From Raillietiella orientalis (Eukaryota): a DNA stretch of 64,000 nucleotides. Below the pieces are notes generated by a model. That model was given only the letters and a program-made list of their open reading frames with translations, was not told the origin of the DNA and made no database searches. The stretch lies in NCBI GenBank assembly GCA_036172245.1, contig JAYWIR010000028.1, positions 1 through 64,000 of the forward strand, given 5' to 3'. Positions 60,796 to 64,000 of this stretch are shown in pieces. The translations under genes and the position numbers were made by a program. How positions within the stretch are numbered: the stretch's first letter is position 1; every line of letters starts with the position of its first letter.

Positions 60796-63700
60796 TCCGT
60801 GGTTCTGACCGCCGAAGGGGTTCTGGTTCCTTGCGGAAGAGTTCGGCGCAAGGAAGCGCTCTTTCTTGCGATCTTCTCCCTCCCACCGGCGTTGCACTTG
60901 TATCTTGGCAGCGTCTTCTCGCTTCAAGGGTAATCCGAGAGAGGTTTCGCGGTTCGTCGGCGGAGACGTCATGCTGTCTTGGTGCTTCCAGTAAATTCTC
61001 GAGACTGGGTTTTCTTCCTGAAATGCAGTAGCATCAATCTCCCGAGTGGTCGCTCCCTGGATGCCTTCCGGTGCATTTCGTGGCTGCAAGAGAGCAGGTT
61101 CGAACATCGTCGCAGGAAAGAAATGAAAAAGCGCTATTTTCTCGCGTGGGATGGAATTTCATTTCGCGGAGAATAGAGATTGCCTACGACTCCGTGAGTG
61201 ATGAGGTCATTTCCAAGGTGCGCAGGCATGCCACGCGAGGTTGAGCTCCTTAAGCACACGGATCGACTGTGGCACTGCACAGCATCCTGGTCCACGCGTG
61301 TCTTTTTACGGCTTCGAGAGGAAGCTGGAGAGATTCCCAGAACTCGAATGCGCCACCCGACGACTGCAATCGAATTGGAGGGAGCATGCGAAGGAAACTT
61401 ACCATGTTTGGAACGGAGGCGACTCCTCCCAGGCTGGAATTCGATAGCAGTTGTAAGACGGAGTACCATTTATCTTTCCGATGTCTTCAGTTTCTTCTGC
61501 TGCGAGTTCCAGAGAGTTTTTATGCAAGTCAATCGGTTGCCCAGTGATCTTTTCTGCTGAGGAAGCAAGGAGACGCTCCCGTTCTTCCCAGTTTGTTGGT
61601 CCGTGCACTGGTAACCGTGGACGCCTTGGGGTTGGTGCAAACGTTCTGCACACTTCAGATTTCCTTCTCAGCTCTCTTCTCGAGGCGAACTCGTTAGGAA
61701 AGGACCACAGTTGCCGTGCTGGAAAAAGCACTGCAGGAATCTGTAAAATTGGAAAAACAAAGAAAAAGTGCTTTGTTTTGAAAACACATTGATTTATTCG
61801 CAGGTTGGTAAGATGTATCGAAATCAACTTGGCGATGTCTGCAACACTGAGAACAAAGTCGCGTCCAAAGTTGCGACTGATGTCAGTTATGCGTGGGGAG
61901 ATGTGGGACGTGGAAATCGTCGCGCTCCTACGAGTTCACCCAAGGATCGCCGAAGACATGGACTTTCCTCATAGATTTTCACTTTGTCCCTAGTTGGACC
62001 CATTGCTGCAAGTTTTCGATCATTGCTTGCGCCAGTTACTCATTCGATTAATTTTGCAGTGGCTTCCTTGATGAAAAAGTCGACATCCTTTGCCGTGGTC
62101 TGTGTTTCTCCTTTTTTTGAAAAAAGAATAAGTAGATGAGGGTTTCTCTAAATGAAAGAGTTCTTGTAAAATGGAATGCTCATCACGGTCAACGTAGAGG
62201 GGACGGAGTTTTGCAAAGGAGGAAATGAACGACTTGCCATGCATTCAACCCAATGCATTTTTCAGGTTCATTAATAGCTGTTTCATCTTCAACCCATGTG
62301 GCAGCATAAATTCAAGGTTCTGAAAGTAAAAAGGGTTTCTAATCAGAGAAAGTGAACACTCTACGCGTTGATGTCAATTAATTCTCGGTGTGCGTTTGAC
62401 TCTATGGAAACACTATTGGTATGTCATTTATCTCTGCTATTATATACATCTCTTTATAGATACACATGCTTACATAGAGTACTAGAAAAAAACGGTCTCC
62501 ATAATAAAGCGTGCAGATAAGACACTTGCTAATATTTCCATAAATAAAATCTTTCCTTGTTTCCATATTCCTAAAAGAGCACTAATAACACCATAATATT
62601 TATCGGCCTGCATGACCTCTCTTTCCATACGTGCTTGCTTTCTGAGTCGCATGCGAAAATGCCTTCCAGGCATTCTTCCGTGTGAAGAAGCGGTTATTTC
62701 TTGAAACTCATGCCTAACGAGTCAAAACTCATCCTGCAGAGTTTATATGCTTTGAACACCCTACGCTCGTCGTGTTCGGTATGATCCCACTGCCTACATA
62801 AAATATGAATTGAGTAGAAACTTCATGTTCTTGTGGAATATTCTTGTCGCTTCCATTGAAATGGGGTAAGTCTGCAGCCAACGACACTCTGTCCGCTGCC
62901 CATATTGATGGCTTTTGACTTCATCAATCTCACAAGTGTAAGTTTCCTCACAGTTTCTTCAAGTGCAGCCCTTCACTTTAGTCAGCATTATTTGAAATCT
63001 CTCTGTGAATGGCTTCAGTCGTAGATAGACCTCTGGTCAACCGAAATAAAAGCCATACTTTTGAAGGCGCAAAGTGTTTGTAATGAGCAGCTTGAGATAT
63101 CAAATGATGAAAAAGAGGGTTTGGTGTGATGGAGAATTGGTAAAAATTCTCAATAAGAATTGGAAGTAAAGAAGTAGCATGAGACTTTCCGGACAAACTG
63201 GAATCGATGGTTGCGAAAACCATTGTGCAAAAATGATCAAGAGACAAAGGAGTAGCATGTTGTTTCTCTAAAGGAAAGCAGATTGCCAGGAGATTTACGC
63301 GCTAACGTGCTTAGTGAAGGCTTCTTCACCAATTCCTTCGACTTTTTCAAAAAGTTTTTCGAGTACATGTATGTTGTGTTTTGATCGAAGAATAACTATT
63401 GCTCAAATGTTGACTTTTCCACACGCAGGACGGATCCCTTGGTCCGGTTCTTAATTATCAACTGAAATTGATTTTTGGGTTTCTCAAAATTAACAAACTT
63501 GCGATGTCTTCTCCATATAAACTGGAGCAATTTAGAAACTCATCAAAAAGAATGGAGTGCGCAGAGCAAATGCACAATTTCTTAAGCGTCTCACGTGTTT
63601 TAAATTAATGGGATCCCAAAAATTGCCAAATTGAAATTTGCTTTTTTTTTTATTTTTCATACTCAGGTTTCTACAGGGAATAGCTATATATCACACTCTA

Positions 63701-63804
63701 TTCTGAGGATGGACTACGTATTTCTCCGAAGATTTTAAGGATTGAATTGGAAAAGTGTAACGTTTGAATATACGTATGGAAACCCTAATAGCAAAATGGA
63801 AAAA

Positions 63805-63806
<2 letters not shown>

Positions 63807-63841
<35 letters not shown>
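63807..63841 (+). repeat. Poly(A) tract (35 nt)
   Basis: Read directly from the sequence. Confidence 0.9.
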
Positions 63842-63843
<2 letters not shown>

Positions 63844-64000
63844 AACAGATTCCTCTACAAATGATTTCTTTGCGTGCATCGTGGGAAAAATCCAGGTTTT
63901 TCGATTTATCAAAAAATTCGTACGTCAGATGTAAGGTACTAGCATCTTCCAGGCATACTCTAAAGTGCCATGAATCATAGCAAGAGATCCAATATGGCTG

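Noticed and set aside
63807..63841. Poly(A) as a retrotransposon tail
   Set aside because: No adjacent element sequence, AATAAA-hairpin motif or TSD seen.
1..64000. CRISPR arrays, retrons/DGRs, rRNA/tRNA genes, telomeric repeat arrays
   Set aside because: None seen; all RT motifs are in a non-LTR context and the DNA is eukaryotic.

Overview
Eukaryotic (invertebrate-like) genomic DNA: spliceosomal exons, no operons, and no rRNA, tRNA or CRISPR seen. Most of the window is decayed L1/Tx1-like non-LTR retrotransposons (CCHC ORF1; APE-RT-CCHC ORF2) from several diverged families. Bases 1-14.8 kb are a stack of about ten abutting pieces. One complete 5,565-bp copy (22918-28482, minus) has a 15-bp TSD, and its empty site is visible twice in paralogous blocks. 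Bases ~14.6-60.8 kb are a mosaic of near-identical direct and inverted segmental duplications. These carry a KIAA1586/ZNF862-like hAT transposase fossil and three copies of a Kunitz/BPTI exon, two with a phase-compatible signal-peptide exon. Two observations stand out. (1) The retroelements appear to be a tail-less lineage: they end in AATAAA plus a short GC hairpin and GTGA instead of poly(A), and their endonuclease lacks the L1 target-reading loop. (2) The Kunitz exon is hyperdiverged at non-synonymous sites outside an invariant reactive loop, while its flanks are nearly identical. All alignments were done by eye, boundaries of decayed pieces are approximate, and the host species cannot be determined.
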